Shown here: positions 37,371-47,096 of the stretch, in pieces
Layout of the letters: each line of letters opens with the position of its first letter
Position numbering within the stretch: position 1 is the first letter of the stretch
Notes under the pieces: generated by a model
Told to the model about the DNA's origin: nothing
The model's database searches: none
What the model saw: only the letters and a program-made list of their open reading frames with translations
Origin: Saprospira grandis str. Lewin
GTDB lineage: Bacteria > Bacteroidota > Bacteroidia > Chitinophagales > Saprospiraceae
Direction: 5' to 3'
Length of the DNA: 64,000 bases
Assembly (NCBI RefSeq): GCF_000250635.1
Contig: NC_016940.1
Coordinates: 1,416,995-1,480,994 of the forward strand
Translations under genes and position numbers: made by a program

Positions 37371-38725
37371 TTCCGACTCCAATAAGCAATGGGCCAAAAG
37401 CCCAACTTGCGATAGGCCCAATAGGCCAGACTAAGATCGAAAACAGCCAAGCCCAGAAAGGCCGCTATGGCTGCCCCATTAATGCCTAAAATGGGAATCA
37501 AACTATATTGTAGAATAGCCGTAATTGCGAGAGAGAACGCCAAAAGATATGCAGCCATTTTTTCTTGGCCTACAAGGCCCAGCAATTGGCTCACAGGACC
37601 CACCAACACATGTATGCCCTTGCCCAAACAGAGCCAAAGCAAGGCCGTATAAGCCTGCTGATATTCGGGACCATAAATGAGTAAAAAGTAAGGACCAAAG
37701 GCGATAAAAACAGCCAAAACGGCCATAATCGCTAAGGTAATCAGGGCTGTGCTGCCTTGGTATAGCCGTCCCAACTCCTCTAATTTCCCTTGATGATAAA
37801 GAGAGGAAAAGGTTGGCAAACTAACGGTGGTCAGCACCAAATAGGGAATTAGGGCAATATCCGAGAACTTTAAGGCCACATTATAATAAGCGATCTGTTC
37901 GGGGGGCAGCTCAAAAAAGCCCAAAAACAAAATATCTATTCGGCTATTGAGCAGATAGAGCAAGGAGCCCAAATTGAAATAAAAACTAGCTTTTTTGTAG
38001 GCGGGAAGATCTAATTTTGGCCAATTGCTCGCTTTGGGCTGTGCTTGACGATAGCGCCGCCAAAGCCAAAAGGCAAGGCCAGCGGCCAGCACAAAGCTCA
38101 GGCTTCGTCCGGCAATTAGGCCCAAATCGCTAATGGGGTAAGCAAAGAGATAGAGCAGGGCCAAAAAGGCAAAGAAGAGCAAAGGCTGCACAATTCGGTC
38201 GCCCAATTGCCCCCAACTCATCTGTCCCTCGGCCCGCAAAGCCGATTGCCAAAGCTGCAAAAAGGCATAGGCGGGAATAATAGGCAGGGCCCAAAAATAA
38301 TAATCAGCATAATTGCTCAAGCCAGGTATATCAGTATACCGAAGCAAAAGATAAAAGCCAATCATCAGGAGCAAACTCGCCCAAAGGGTCCGTTTCTCGG
38401 CCCAAGCGAGCAAGGCATCTCGCTTGCCCCAAGCTTTTTGGTCCTTAAAGATAGGTAGCTCTTTGAGCAAAAGATCATCTAGGCCCATATTGGCGGCTAC
38501 TTGCAAAATCAACAGCCAACTAAAGACCAAACTATAAATGCCAAAGCCCTCATCTCCCCCCAAACGGGCCAAAAGGACCGAACTGAGAAAAGTGAGGGCT
38601 GATAAACCTATTTGTAAGATAAAGCTCCAGCTTGCCGCCTTAATTAAAAAGCGGCCTAAGGGACTATCTGTTCCCATCTTGGCCCGCCATTTCTTCCACA
38701 TTGCTTTGCCTAATTTTGGGCCCAA
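37367..38725 (-). CDS. polysaccharide biosynthesis / Wzx-like oligosaccharide flippase (MOP superfamily) membrane protein
   Basis: 452 aa with about 12-14 TM helices. N-terminal LLARLGGDEGFGIYSLVFSWL is typical of O-unit flippases. Confidence 0.55.
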   Translation of the reverse strand: MGPKLGKAMWKKWRAKMGTDSPLGRFLIKAASWSFILQIGLSALTFLSSVLLARLGGDEGFGIYSLVFSWLLILQVAANMGLDDLLLKELPIFKDQKAWGKRDALLAWAEKRTLWASLLLMIGFYLLLRYTDIPGLSNYADYYFWALPIIPAYAFLQLWQSALRAEGQMSWGQLGDRIVQPLLFFAFLALLYLFAYPISDLGLIAGRSLSFVLAAGLAFWLWRRYRQAQPKASNWPKLDLPAYKKASFYFNLGSLLYLLNSRIDILFLGFFELPPEQIAYYNVALKFSDIALIPYLVLTTVSLPTFSSLYHQGKLEELGRLYQGSTALITLAIMAVLAVFIAFGPYFLLIYGPEYQQAYTALLWLCLGKGIHVLVGPVSQLLGLVGQEKMAAYLLAFSLAITAILQYSLIPILGINGAAIAAFLGLAVFDLSLAYWAYRKLGFWPIAYWSRK

Positions 38726-38735
38726 GATAAGTTTT

Positions 38736-40004
38736 CTATTCTACAATCGACATATCTTTGAAGGGCGAACGGGGCGTCCAGTCCTCTTTGGGGCTCAAAT
38801 GGTCAAAGACTAATTTCATCAATTCGCTAGATAAGCGATTGCGATGACGCAAGTAGCAGTCAAACTCCTGCGCTACCGCCCCCACCGAACTCTTAATCTC
38901 CAAAGCCGTACGGGCGAAGTCAATTTTTTCTACCCCTCTATAAATACCCATACGCACCAAGGCATATAAAATATTGAGATACAACTGATGCGAGCGGTTC
39001 AGGCTATGCTCTAGGCCCAAGAAATGAGCTTCTAGGGTTTGGCCCGAAAAGATCGCCGTATAAAAAGCCACCAAGCGGCCCTCTAAATAGCAAGCCACCA
39101 GCTGCATATCTTCGCCCAACTCTCTTTTGAGGGCCGAAAAATACTGCTCATCAAAGGCATAGGCATTAAAGTCTACATTATCCGATATATTTCGGTAGAG
39201 GGCATAAATTTCTTTTTCTTGGGCCAAGATTTCCTCTAGTTCCAAGGCTCTCCACTCCAGATCCTTGCCCTTTTTGGCGGCTCTTTTGGCCCGCACCCGA
39301 TACTTAGAAGACATATCGGCCAAATAATCCTCAAAGCTATCCCAATGCGCAGGCAACCGCATATACATGCCCGGCTGAATCCGATAGCGATGATAGCCCT
39401 CTTGCTGTAAAATGGGCTGTAAATTTTGCTCAGTAACTCCATCCAAGGCAAAATCCTTAAACATCTGTAGCTGATACTTCTTCTGCTCGCTTAGCTCTAG
39501 CTCCGTTTGCAAACGGTCCGTGGCCTCTTGCAGCCAAGCCAATTGTTTAGGGCCATGTCCCTCCTTAAAATAAAAGCCATGTTCTCCGGTTAGGCTTAAG
39601 TTACCGCAAATGAGGACATTAAAAACTGCCTGCCGCAGAAAAAACTGCTGCAACTTCTTGCGCAAAGAGCCCAAGAGCCCCTCGCCTTGCAATTCCTTTT
39701 GCACACTTTCTTGCATGTCCAAATAATAGGTCTGATAATAGGCCAAACCTACCGCCTCCTTATCTCGATAAAAGACCAAATAGCAAAAGCCCATACCTTT
39801 GGGGGGATGGGCTTCTAGGGCCTGCAAATACTCATATTGTAGAAATTTGTTTTCTTTGGGGGCCAAGCTTTGCCAGGCAACCTTCAAATCAGAGATATTC
39901 CGACTCAATCGAAAACAAAGCCCAGCCTCTACTAAAGCACTACAGGCAGGCTGTTCTTCTTGTTCTAAGAGCGAGAGAGGGGCCTTGGTCTTATTACAAA
40001 ACAT
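38736..40004 (-). CDS. FemAB/CelD-like GNAT-fold acyltransferase family protein (tentative)
   Basis: 422 aa soluble protein. Family assignment rests on general resemblance only; no decisive motif. Confidence 0.35.
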   Translation of the reverse strand: MFCNKTKAPLSLLEQEEQPACSALVEAGLCFRLSRNISDLKVAWQSLAPKENKFLQYEYLQALEAHPPKGMGFCYLVFYRDKEAVGLAYYQTYYLDMQESVQKELQGEGLLGSLRKKLQQFFLRQAVFNVLICGNLSLTGEHGFYFKEGHGPKQLAWLQEATDRLQTELELSEQKKYQLQMFKDFALDGVTEQNLQPILQQEGYHRYRIQPGMYMRLPAHWDSFEDYLADMSSKYRVRAKRAAKKGKDLEWRALELEEILAQEKEIYALYRNISDNVDFNAYAFDEQYFSALKRELGEDMQLVACYLEGRLVAFYTAIFSGQTLEAHFLGLEHSLNRSHQLYLNILYALVRMGIYRGVEKIDFARTALEIKSSVGAVAQEFDCYLRHRNRLSSELMKLVFDHLSPKEDWTPRSPFKDMSIVE

Positions 40005-40117
40005 AGGTTATTCTTATTTTTGATGCGAAAAGGGACTGTTTTTTTTAAATATACAAGCTTTTGATGTAGCTACTTCTTTTTTACCGATTCTTTAACGCAA
40101 ATCCCCCCCTATAGTTT

Positions 40118-40741
40118 ATGTCAGCATGGAGACATCTACAGAAGAGCAAGGACCAATTGGCCATTTTTCTAAGCTATCTTTTGGCTTGCTTGGCTTGGTC
40201 GCTTTGGCAGTTCGAACTCAATTTCTTGGTGGGCTGGAAAGGTATGCACTGGCTGCATGTTCCTTTTTACACGACCCCAATTATATGCGGAATTATTGCC
40301 GCTACTTATATGCTACCGCTTTTTATTTGGGGCAAAAAGGTACCCACCTACAAATATTGGGCTATATTTCTTGTCCTTTGGGGCAGTAGCTGGGGGAGTT
40401 ATAGCCTAGCCTATTTAGCTTTTGCCAATCTCTACAGCAAAATCCATTTTGGAGATACTGGTTTTATGGTGGGCTCGGCCCTCTTTCTCCTGGTCTTTTT
40501 AGAGAGCTTTGTCTTTTGGGCTGCTAGAGCCTTTGTGGGCCGTTCGCCTAGTTTTCATATTCTCAGCCTAGCCTTTATGTTCATTATGTGTGTGCCGCTC
40601 AGCCTAATCACCATTGACTTTTTTCCCGCTTTTGGCGGGGGCCAAAACTTTATTGATGCCGTCAAAATGGGCTATCCCATTTTTTGGGTTTGCCTACAAT
40701 TGGGTTTACTCTCTTACGCCATTCATCGGCGGATGGTTTAG
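40118..40741 (+). CDS. hypothetical polytopic membrane protein
   Basis: 207 aa with about six TM helices. Confidence 0.45.
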   Translation: MSAWRHLQKSKDQLAIFLSYLLACLAWSLWQFELNFLVGWKGMHWLHVPFYTTPIICGIIAATYMLPLFIWGKKVPTYKYWAIFLVLWGSSWGSYSLAYLAFANLYSKIHFGDTGFMVGSALFLLVFLESFVFWAARAFVGRSPSFHILSLAFMFIMCVPLSLITIDFFPAFGGGQNFIDAVKMGYPIFWVCLQLGLLSYAIHRRMV

Positions 40742-40779
40742 GCAAAGCTTGTCTTTTTGCTGTTCTGTTTTTCTGTTAG

Positions 40780-40960
40780 GGAGGGAATTTGGGGCTGCCC
40801 CGCCCTCTGGGCGGGTCGGGCCATTGCGCAGCTCGCAAGTCTGCTCGGCCCTGCAGCGGCAAAGCCGCTTTGGTCTGCCGCCTGCGGCGGCCCTGCTACA
40901 GCCCCTCAGCCTGCGGCCCCTTCGGGCCCTGCTAGACCCAAAAAGGGCCAGCCATTTTCT
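40780..40960 (+). repeat. dispersed GC-rich repeat, subtype B, forward
   Basis: GGGGCTGCCCCGCCCTCTGGGCGGGTCGGGC...GCAGCTCGCAAGTCTGCTCGGCCCTGCAGCGGCAAAGCCGCTTTGGTCTGCCGCC...CCCTCAGCCTGCGGCC. Confidence 0.75.
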
Positions 40961-40997
40961 GGCCAGCCCCTATATTATGTAAAGTTCTACTCATTTG

Positions 40998-41606
40998 CTA
41001 CTGAAAGTATTTATCGTCTACTTTCTGCCGAACAATAGAAAGGACCTTAGTTTTAGAAATCAGCTTCCCATATTTATCATAGGTAGTAGAATTTAAGGGA
41101 AAGCCCTTTGCCCCAGTCTGAATGAGGGCCTGTATGCCATAATCGTTCTTTAGGTAGGCGGCATATTTTTTTAGGTCCACATCAATTTCCTTGACCAGCT
41201 CGACCTCTGTATTAAATTTATCGGTTTCGATATTGAGCGTATACAGCTGCCCAAACTCTACTGATTTTCGGACCTTTTCGCTCTTAATCACCGCATTGCT
41301 CAGGCCCAGATCAGCCTCTATATCTCGAGAAGATATTTCCTTTTTGCTCTGCCCTTCCTCCGATTGAATGACCATGAGCATGTTGTTTTTTTGTGGCTGA
41401 GGCACAAAACGCATCTTTAGAGAGTTCGGGTCTGATTTGGTTTGCACCTCAAAGGCAATTTGGTCCTTTTTGATGTACCAGTTTAGCTGATAACGCATAC
41501 CAGCTTCCCCTTCTTGCTCCATTTTAATGACCCCTTCAAAGTTTTGGCCCTGTAAAGGGAGTAGGCCTATGAGTAGGAGAATCAATCCCCCGAAAAGCTT
41601 ATGCAT
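40998..41606 (-). CDS. hypothetical secreted protein
   Basis: 202 aa with signal peptide MHKLFGGLILLLIGLLPLQGQ. Confidence 0.45.
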   Translation of the reverse strand: MHKLFGGLILLLIGLLPLQGQNFEGVIKMEQEGEAGMRYQLNWYIKKDQIAFEVQTKSDPNSLKMRFVPQPQKNNMLMVIQSEEGQSKKEISSRDIEADLGLSNAVIKSEKVRKSVEFGQLYTLNIETDKFNTEVELVKEIDVDLKKYAAYLKNDYGIQALIQTGAKGFPLNSTTYDKYGKLISKTKVLSIVRQKVDDKYFQ

Positions 41607-41759
41607 AAGTAGTAGCTCTATTTAAGTTAAGTAGTTTCTAGTCGGTAATTTTGCGCAAGTATAAAAGTTGCAAACAATTTGCCAAGATTGTTTTCTGCTC
41701 AGGCTTGGCCGCTAATTTAGGTATTACACCCAAAAAGCCCCCTTATATAAATTTAGCTT

Positions 41760-41940
41760 AGGGTTAAATCCTTTTTTTGCGGCGGACAGGCGGCGAAGCC
41801 GCCGCAGGCTGAGGGATGGGCAGCAGGGCCGCCAAAGGCGGCAGACCAAAGCGGCTTTGCCGCTGCAGGGCCGAGCAGACCTGCGAGCTGCGAGACAGCC
41901 CGACCCGCCCAGAGGGCGGGGCAGCCCCAAACAATAATAT
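41760..41940 (-). repeat. dispersed GC-rich repeat, subtype B, reverse
   Basis: GGCTGAGGGATGGGCAGCAGGGCCGCCAAAGGCGGCAGACCAAAGCGGCTTTGCCGCTGCAGGGCCGAGCAGACCTGCGAGCTGCGAGACAGCCCGACCCGCCCAGAGGGCGGGGCAGCCCC. Confidence 0.75.
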
Positions 41941-41999
41941 TATTAGATAAATCCTTTTGCAAAAGGTTGAATCCAATTGGCTGATCTATAAAAAAGAAG

Positions 42000-43430
42000 T
42001 TAATTGCCAATGTAGCCCTTCATGGCTCCAGACAAATAGTAGCCATCAATGAAGCTACCGAGCAGGCTGTGGCCGTTGCGCTTAACGGCAAAGCCCGCTG
42101 TTCCCCCTACTGGGAAATTAGTGTTGGGTGGGTCGGGAAAATCTTGGTCATAAAGTGTAATCATCCCTACGACGGGCGCCCCCACTTGTACCAAAACATT
42201 GACAAAGAGGTAGCCCGCCTGCCCATCCTCGCCATAGCCACCGCCATCGCCGCCATAAACATTGGGCGTAATGGTAAAATCTGCCCCAAAGAGGTTAAAG
42301 TTGTAGGGATTGTTCAAGGCGCCGCCTCGACCTCCCTGAGCAAAGGCTCCCGTTCCTGCCGTTTGGCCTGGCTCATAGTATCCAAAGCCCGATCCTAGGT
42401 TGCCTCCAGCCCCACCATAAGCACCGCCGCCACCACCAGCACCAATGCCTAGGTTATAAGTCCCAATGCCCAAGTTAATGGGTTGGATCATCCCCACAGA
42501 GCCCCCGCCGCCGCCACCGGAATAGATACGGCCTTGGTTGCGCAAATCCGTGTCTACGGTCAGACTAATCGCATGGGTCCCATCAAAGCCAGTTCCAGCA
42601 CCGCCACCACTAGCGCCTGCGCCAGCACCGCCATCGCCACCACGGGCCAAGAGGGTCCCTTGGTTGAGAATGCCGACCTTAGAGTCGGGATGTAGCCCAC
42701 CTGTAGTAAAGACGGCAGGAGCCGTAGGATTGTCTAGGACCACCCCAGGACCAATGGTTGCAAGTACACAAATAGGTACGGCCGTTGGCAAAGCATTGGC
42801 CGCTTGCAAATCATAATCACTTTGAGGCGAGTTAATATATACTTCCATACAACTATCTACGGCCACCACAAACACTTGGTTACCGACAGTATTTCCACAA
42901 ACGGCCTGAACAATCACAGAATAGACGCCAGGAGGCGCAAAGATATCAGCCTCCACATTGAGTTGTATCGTATCGGTTCCATTTACTATATGCTGATCCA
43001 AACTAGCCGTAATGCCCGCAGGCAGGTTAGGGATGATGTAGACCGAGATGTCATTGGAAAATCCATTGCGTTGATTGAGGTACAAATAAGCCGAATCTCG
43101 ATTGGTATACACTCGGTCAATGTGCCCAGCAGGATTATCTATCCGAAAATCAAAGGCACAATCATCACAACTGCTCTGATTGAAGGCCAACCAGCAGCTG
43201 CCGTTAAAATATTCCATAAGGCTATCTGTAGCATTATAGACCGTAAGTCCCGGCTTGGGATTTTGGATATTATCTCTTTGTTGGCGGCTCATCCGAGGAG
43301 GCAAAAAGCCTCTATCGGTAGATTCTAGATGCAAAACCGCGCTGCTATCTGGCTGCAAGATGTTGATCCCAACTTGTGCAGTAAGCGGAAGGGCCAAAAG
43401 TAAGCCCAAAAAAGCAAGTATTGTTTTCAT
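42000..43430 (-). CDS. secreted glycine-rich protein with a conserved Bacteroidota N-terminal domain (possible fibre/adhesin-like)
   Basis: 476 aa with a signal peptide. N-terminal QVGINILQPDSSAVLHLES..GFLPPRMSRQQRDNI.NPKPGLTVYNATDSLMEYFNGSCW. The middle and C-terminal parts are dominated by GGxGxG / GGGGG runs. Confidence 0.55.
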   Translation of the reverse strand: MKTILAFLGLLLALPLTAQVGINILQPDSSAVLHLESTDRGFLPPRMSRQQRDNIQNPKPGLTVYNATDSLMEYFNGSCWLAFNQSSCDDCAFDFRIDNPAGHIDRVYTNRDSAYLYLNQRNGFSNDISVYIIPNLPAGITASLDQHIVNGTDTIQLNVEADIFAPPGVYSVIVQAVCGNTVGNQVFVVAVDSCMEVYINSPQSDYDLQAANALPTAVPICVLATIGPGVVLDNPTAPAVFTTGGLHPDSKVGILNQGTLLARGGDGGAGAGASGGGAGTGFDGTHAISLTVDTDLRNQGRIYSGGGGGGSVGMIQPINLGIGTYNLGIGAGGGGGAYGGAGGNLGSGFGYYEPGQTAGTGAFAQGGRGGALNNPYNFNLFGADFTITPNVYGGDGGGYGEDGQAGYLFVNVLVQVGAPVVGMITLYDQDFPDPPNTNFPVGGTAGFAVKRNGHSLLGSFIDGYYLSGAMKGYIGN

Positions 43431-43515
43431 TATAATTGTAGTATTGTAGCTAGCCCTAAAAATAGCTAAAAGCTTAGCTTCTAATATTAAGGATAAATTT
43501 TTAAATCAATATAAT

Positions 43516-44685
43516 ATGGATACATCTTATTTGCTGACGCATTTGGGAGAAGAGCGAGAAGACTATTACAATGCAGTGATTCCGCCCATTATGCAGTCTT
43601 CTAATTTTGCCTATAATAGCTTGGCCGACTTTAGATCGGCGATTCTCAACGAGTTAGATAATTTTGTCTACAGCCGTGGCAATAACCCCACAGTGGCCAT
43701 CTTGCGCCAAAAATTAGCCGCCTTAGAACAGGCTGAGGATGCCTTGGTCTTTGGCAGTGGGAGCGCCGCCTGTGCAGTGGCGATTATCTCGCAGCTCCAA
43801 GCGGGCGATCATCTGCTTTCGGTACAAAGTCCTTATTCCTGGACCTATAAATTGATTAGCAAGTTGCTTAGCCGCTTTGGCATTAGCTATGATTTTATTG
43901 ATGCCAGCAATTTGCAGGAAATTGAGGCGGCTATCCGCCCCAATACCAAGGTTCTTTTCTTGGAATCGCCTAATTCGCTTACTTTTGAGCTGCAAGATTT
44001 GGCTGCCTGTGCGGCCTTGGCCAAAAAACACGGCATTCGGACCATCTGCGATAATAGTTATGCTAGCCCGATTTACCAAAACCCTATCGCCTTGGGCATT
44101 GATCTGGTTGTTCATTCGGCCACCAAATACCTCAATGGCCATAGTGATGTGGTGGCGGGGGTGGTCTGCGGAAGCAAGGCCCTGATTCAAAAGATGTTTG
44201 AGCTAGATTACATGGCCTTAGGTCCCGCTATTTCGCCCAATGATGCTTGGCTGCTCCTTAGGGGGCTGCGTACTCTGCCTTTGCGCATTCAAAAGTCTAA
44301 TGAGCATGCCAAAAAGGTGGTCGATTATCTGGCCCAGCACCCCAAGGTGGACTATGTCCTCTATCCTGGCCATCCCTCTCATCCGCAGTATGAATTGGCC
44401 CAAAAACAGATGTCTGGCTTTGGCGGCTTATTCTCGGTAAACTTCAAAGCCAAGCGTATCGAACAAATGGAGCGCTTTTCGGAGGCCCTAATGCCTACTT
44501 TTTTGCTGGCGGTCTCTTGGGGAGGCTTCGAGTCTTTGCAGGTCCCTACCGCCTGCTTCTATAATCTAGGCACAGCGCCCCCTCCTCCCCTGCCCTTTAG
44601 TTTTGTGCGTTATTATGTTGGCCTAGAAGATCCCGACTATATTATCGATGCCTTCGAAAAGGCCTTTGTTCATCTAGAGGATTAG
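43516..44685 (+). CDS. Cys/Met-metabolism PLP-dependent enzyme (cystathionine beta-lyase / gamma-synthase family)
   Basis: 389 aa. HSATKYLNGHSDVVAG PLP-lysine signature of the trans-sulfuration enzyme family. Confidence 0.85.
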   Translation: MDTSYLLTHLGEEREDYYNAVIPPIMQSSNFAYNSLADFRSAILNELDNFVYSRGNNPTVAILRQKLAALEQAEDALVFGSGSAACAVAIISQLQAGDHLLSVQSPYSWTYKLISKLLSRFGISYDFIDASNLQEIEAAIRPNTKVLFLESPNSLTFELQDLAACAALAKKHGIRTICDNSYASPIYQNPIALGIDLVVHSATKYLNGHSDVVAGVVCGSKALIQKMFELDYMALGPAISPNDAWLLLRGLRTLPLRIQKSNEHAKKVVDYLAQHPKVDYVLYPGHPSHPQYELAQKQMSGFGGLFSVNFKAKRIEQMERFSEALMPTFLLAVSWGGFESLQVPTACFYNLGTAPPPPLPFSFVRYYVGLEDPDYIIDAFEKAFVHLED

Positions 44686-44689
44686 AGTT

Positions 44690-44940
44690 TGGGGCTGCCG
44701 CTACGCCCTTCGGTTGTCGAACTGGCGCCCCTTTGGGGCTGGTTGTCGCTCTGCTCGGGGTCGGGCTGTTTATACCCGTTGGTCATCGAACTGGCGCCCC
44801 TTTGGGGCTGGTTGTCGCAGCTCGCTGTTACTTGCTTCGCTGCGTCGGCTCCCGTTGGTCGGGTCGCTCGCCCCCTGCTGCTGCCCATCCCTCAGCCATT
44901 CTGGCCTGCGGCCAGTGGGGCCTTGGCCGCCCTAGCTTAG
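44690..44940 (+). repeat. dispersed GC-rich repeat, subtype C, with an internal direct duplication
   Basis: TCGAACTGGCGCCCCTTTGGGGCTGGTTGTCGC occurs twice; ends with ...CCCATCCCTCAGCC. Related copies at 50325-50620 and, inverted, at 62365-62590. Confidence 0.7.
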
Positions 44941-44994
44941 TATTCTTCCCTTTTTATTGCTTTGGATTTAGGCCAAGCCTTCTAAATAATCCCT

Positions 44995-45350
44995 CAGTGC
45001 ATTTTTTTTCTAGCGAATGCTCCAAAAGAGTTGAAATGCAGTATTTCTTTTCCAGCAAATGCTAAGAATAAATCCACCAGAGCGTTTTTTTTCCAGCAAA
45101 TGCTCCAAAAGAGTTGAAATGCAGTATTTCTTTTCCAGCAAATGCTAAGAATAAATCCACCAAAGCGTTTTTTTTCTAGCAAATGGCCTGAGGGATGCTA
45201 TCTGAGCGTTTTTTTTCCAGCAAATGCTCTTTTGGAGTTCCAATGCAGTGTTTTTTTTCCAGCGAATGGCCTGAGGGATGCTATCTGGCCATTTTTTTCC
45301 CAGGCAATGCTCCAATGCAATCATATTGTCCTTATCTTTTTTCGGTAACC
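44995..45350 (+). repeat. tandem array of about 9 direct repeats with a TTTTTTTTCCAGCAAATGC core (period about 40 bp)
   Basis: Two near-identical 80-85-bp super-units (TTTTCCAGCAAATGCTCCAAAAGAGTTGAAATGCAGTATTTC + TTTTCCAGCAAATGCTAAGAATAAATCCACCAGAGCG) followed by degenerate units. Lies directly upstream of the gene at 45370. Confidence 0.85.
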
Positions 45351-45369
45351 CAATAAAAGCAGTCTTTAT

Positions 45370-46617
45370 ATGCGCTATACTATATTAGCTAGTCTATTTT
45401 CTTTCTTGATTTTAATGGCTTGTCAGTCGGAACAAGGGCCATTGGCCCCTATTAAAGACAAAAGTTTAGAGCAAGGAGCTTGGCGGGGGCTTTTGCGCCT
45501 CAATGACAGTTTGGAGCTCCCCTTTGAGTTGGCTTATGATGGGCAGTCTTGGGAAATCATCAATGGAGAGGAGCGGATTCTCTTGCAAGTAGATTCTTTA
45601 GGGCCAGACAGTATGCGTTGGACCCTACCTGTTTTTGGGACCTACTTCAACATCAAGCAATTGAATAGGCATCAGTTGCGGGGAGAGTGGGTAAACAGCC
45701 AAAAAGAAGACTATCGTCTTCCGTTTAAGGCGGAAGCTGGCCAAGCTTTTCGCTTTGGACCAAAAACAGCAGCCCAAAGCAGCTTGGCCAAAAAGTGGGC
45801 GGTACAATTTTCTCCTCAAGACAGTGCCAATAGCTATCCTGGAGTAGCCTTATTTGAGCTCGACCCTCAAACTTCTATTCTAAAAGCTAGCTTTATGACC
45901 GAAACAGGCGACTATCGTTATTTGGCTGGAGAATTTAAGCGCGAGCGCTTGCAGCTTTCAGCCTTTGATGGGGCGCATGCCTTCTTATTTACCGCCCAGC
46001 GGCAGGGCGACGGCAGCCTATGGGGGCAATTCTACTCGGGCAAGCATTGGTCTACCTACTGGCGAGCGCAGCCCAACCCCAAGGCCCAGCTCCGCCCCAT
46101 GGACAGCCTCTCTTTTTTAAAGGAAGGCTATGAGAAAATAAGCTTTAGCTTTCCCAACTCGCAGGGGGATAGTTTAAGTTTGGAAGATGAGCGCTTTGAG
46201 GGCAAAGTTGTTATTGTTCAGATTATGGGTAGTTGGTGTCCCAACTGCATGGATGAAAGCCGATTGTTAGAAGAGTACTACAGACGTTATCGGAAAGAGG
46301 GGCTAGAAGTCATTGCCCTAAGTTATGAGTTGCCTAAAGATATGGACAACTTCAAGCAAATAGAAAAGCGCTTACGGACTGACTTAGGCATTAGCTATCC
46401 CATGGTTTTGGCGGGGCCAGCAGATAAGAAAGCGGCGGCCAAGAGTTTGCCCATGCTCAACCATATCTTATCTTTTCCCACGGCCATTATTATAGATCGT
46501 CAGGGGAAGGTGCGGAAAATCCATACGGGCTTTAATGGCCCTGGAACAGGAGACTACTACGAAGAATATCGAGAAGAATTGGCCCAATTGATTGAGCAGC
46601 TATTGGTAGAACAATAG
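45370..46617 (+). CDS. TlpA/ResA-like thiol-disulfide oxidoreductase (thioredoxin fold) lipoprotein
   Basis: 415 aa. Lipobox LMAC. C-terminal thioredoxin-like domain with a GSWCPNC active site. Confidence 0.7.
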   Translation: MRYTILASLFSFLILMACQSEQGPLAPIKDKSLEQGAWRGLLRLNDSLELPFELAYDGQSWEIINGEERILLQVDSLGPDSMRWTLPVFGTYFNIKQLNRHQLRGEWVNSQKEDYRLPFKAEAGQAFRFGPKTAAQSSLAKKWAVQFSPQDSANSYPGVALFELDPQTSILKASFMTETGDYRYLAGEFKRERLQLSAFDGAHAFLFTAQRQGDGSLWGQFYSGKHWSTYWRAQPNPKAQLRPMDSLSFLKEGYEKISFSFPNSQGDSLSLEDERFEGKVVIVQIMGSWCPNCMDESRLLEEYYRRYRKEGLEVIALSYELPKDMDNFKQIEKRLRTDLGISYPMVLAGPADKKAAAKSLPMLNHILSFPTAIIIDRQGKVRKIHTGFNGPGTGDYYEEYREELAQLIEQLLVEQ

Positions 46618-46624
46618 GGAGGGC

Positions 46625-46815
46625 CAACAGCTAGCGCTAGCCCATTGGTCCCTGCGCACTACAGGCCCCGAAGGGGCCGCAGGCCTAGCGATGTGCAGCA
46701 GTGGCCCGGAGGGCCAGACCCAGGCGGCTTTGCCGCCGCAGGGCCGAGCGAATAGCGAGCTGCGGAACGTAGCGCCCTGCGCCCTTCAGGGCGCAGGGAG
46801 GCCCCAAAACATAAA
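46625..46815 (-). repeat. dispersed GC-rich repeat, reverse orientation
   Basis: GGCCTAGCGATGTGCAGCAGTGGCCCGGAGGGCCAGACC...GGGCCGAGCGAATAGCGAGCTGCGGAACGTAGCGCC...GGAGGCCCCAAAAC. Confidence 0.75.
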
Positions 46816-47096
46816 AAAGAGGCTTTTGGCCTTAAGTTTCTTTATTTTTGGAGCAGTTATTTGTTGATTTGCTGCAACAAAAAGGGGGCTTTTTGTCTTT
46901 TTTCATTGGTGGTAAAAGTCCTTGTCCTTTTGCCCAAACTCCCTTATCTTAAAAGAGCCATTTGGAGCAAAAACAAAGAAGAGAAACTCCTTTGTTGAGT
47001 TTATTCCCAGCGGCCTTAGTTCATCTGGCCCGACACACCTTATTCTGAGCCTAGTCCTTGGTTTTGCCAATAGCCAAACGACCTTAAAGACCAAAT

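Noticed and set aside
44995-45350. Possible CRISPR-like array (conserved 19-bp core alternating with variable segments)
   Set aside because: The variable segments themselves recur (two alternating spacer types), repeats are T-run rich and degenerate, and no cas genes are present; more consistent with a promoter-proximal direct-repeat array.
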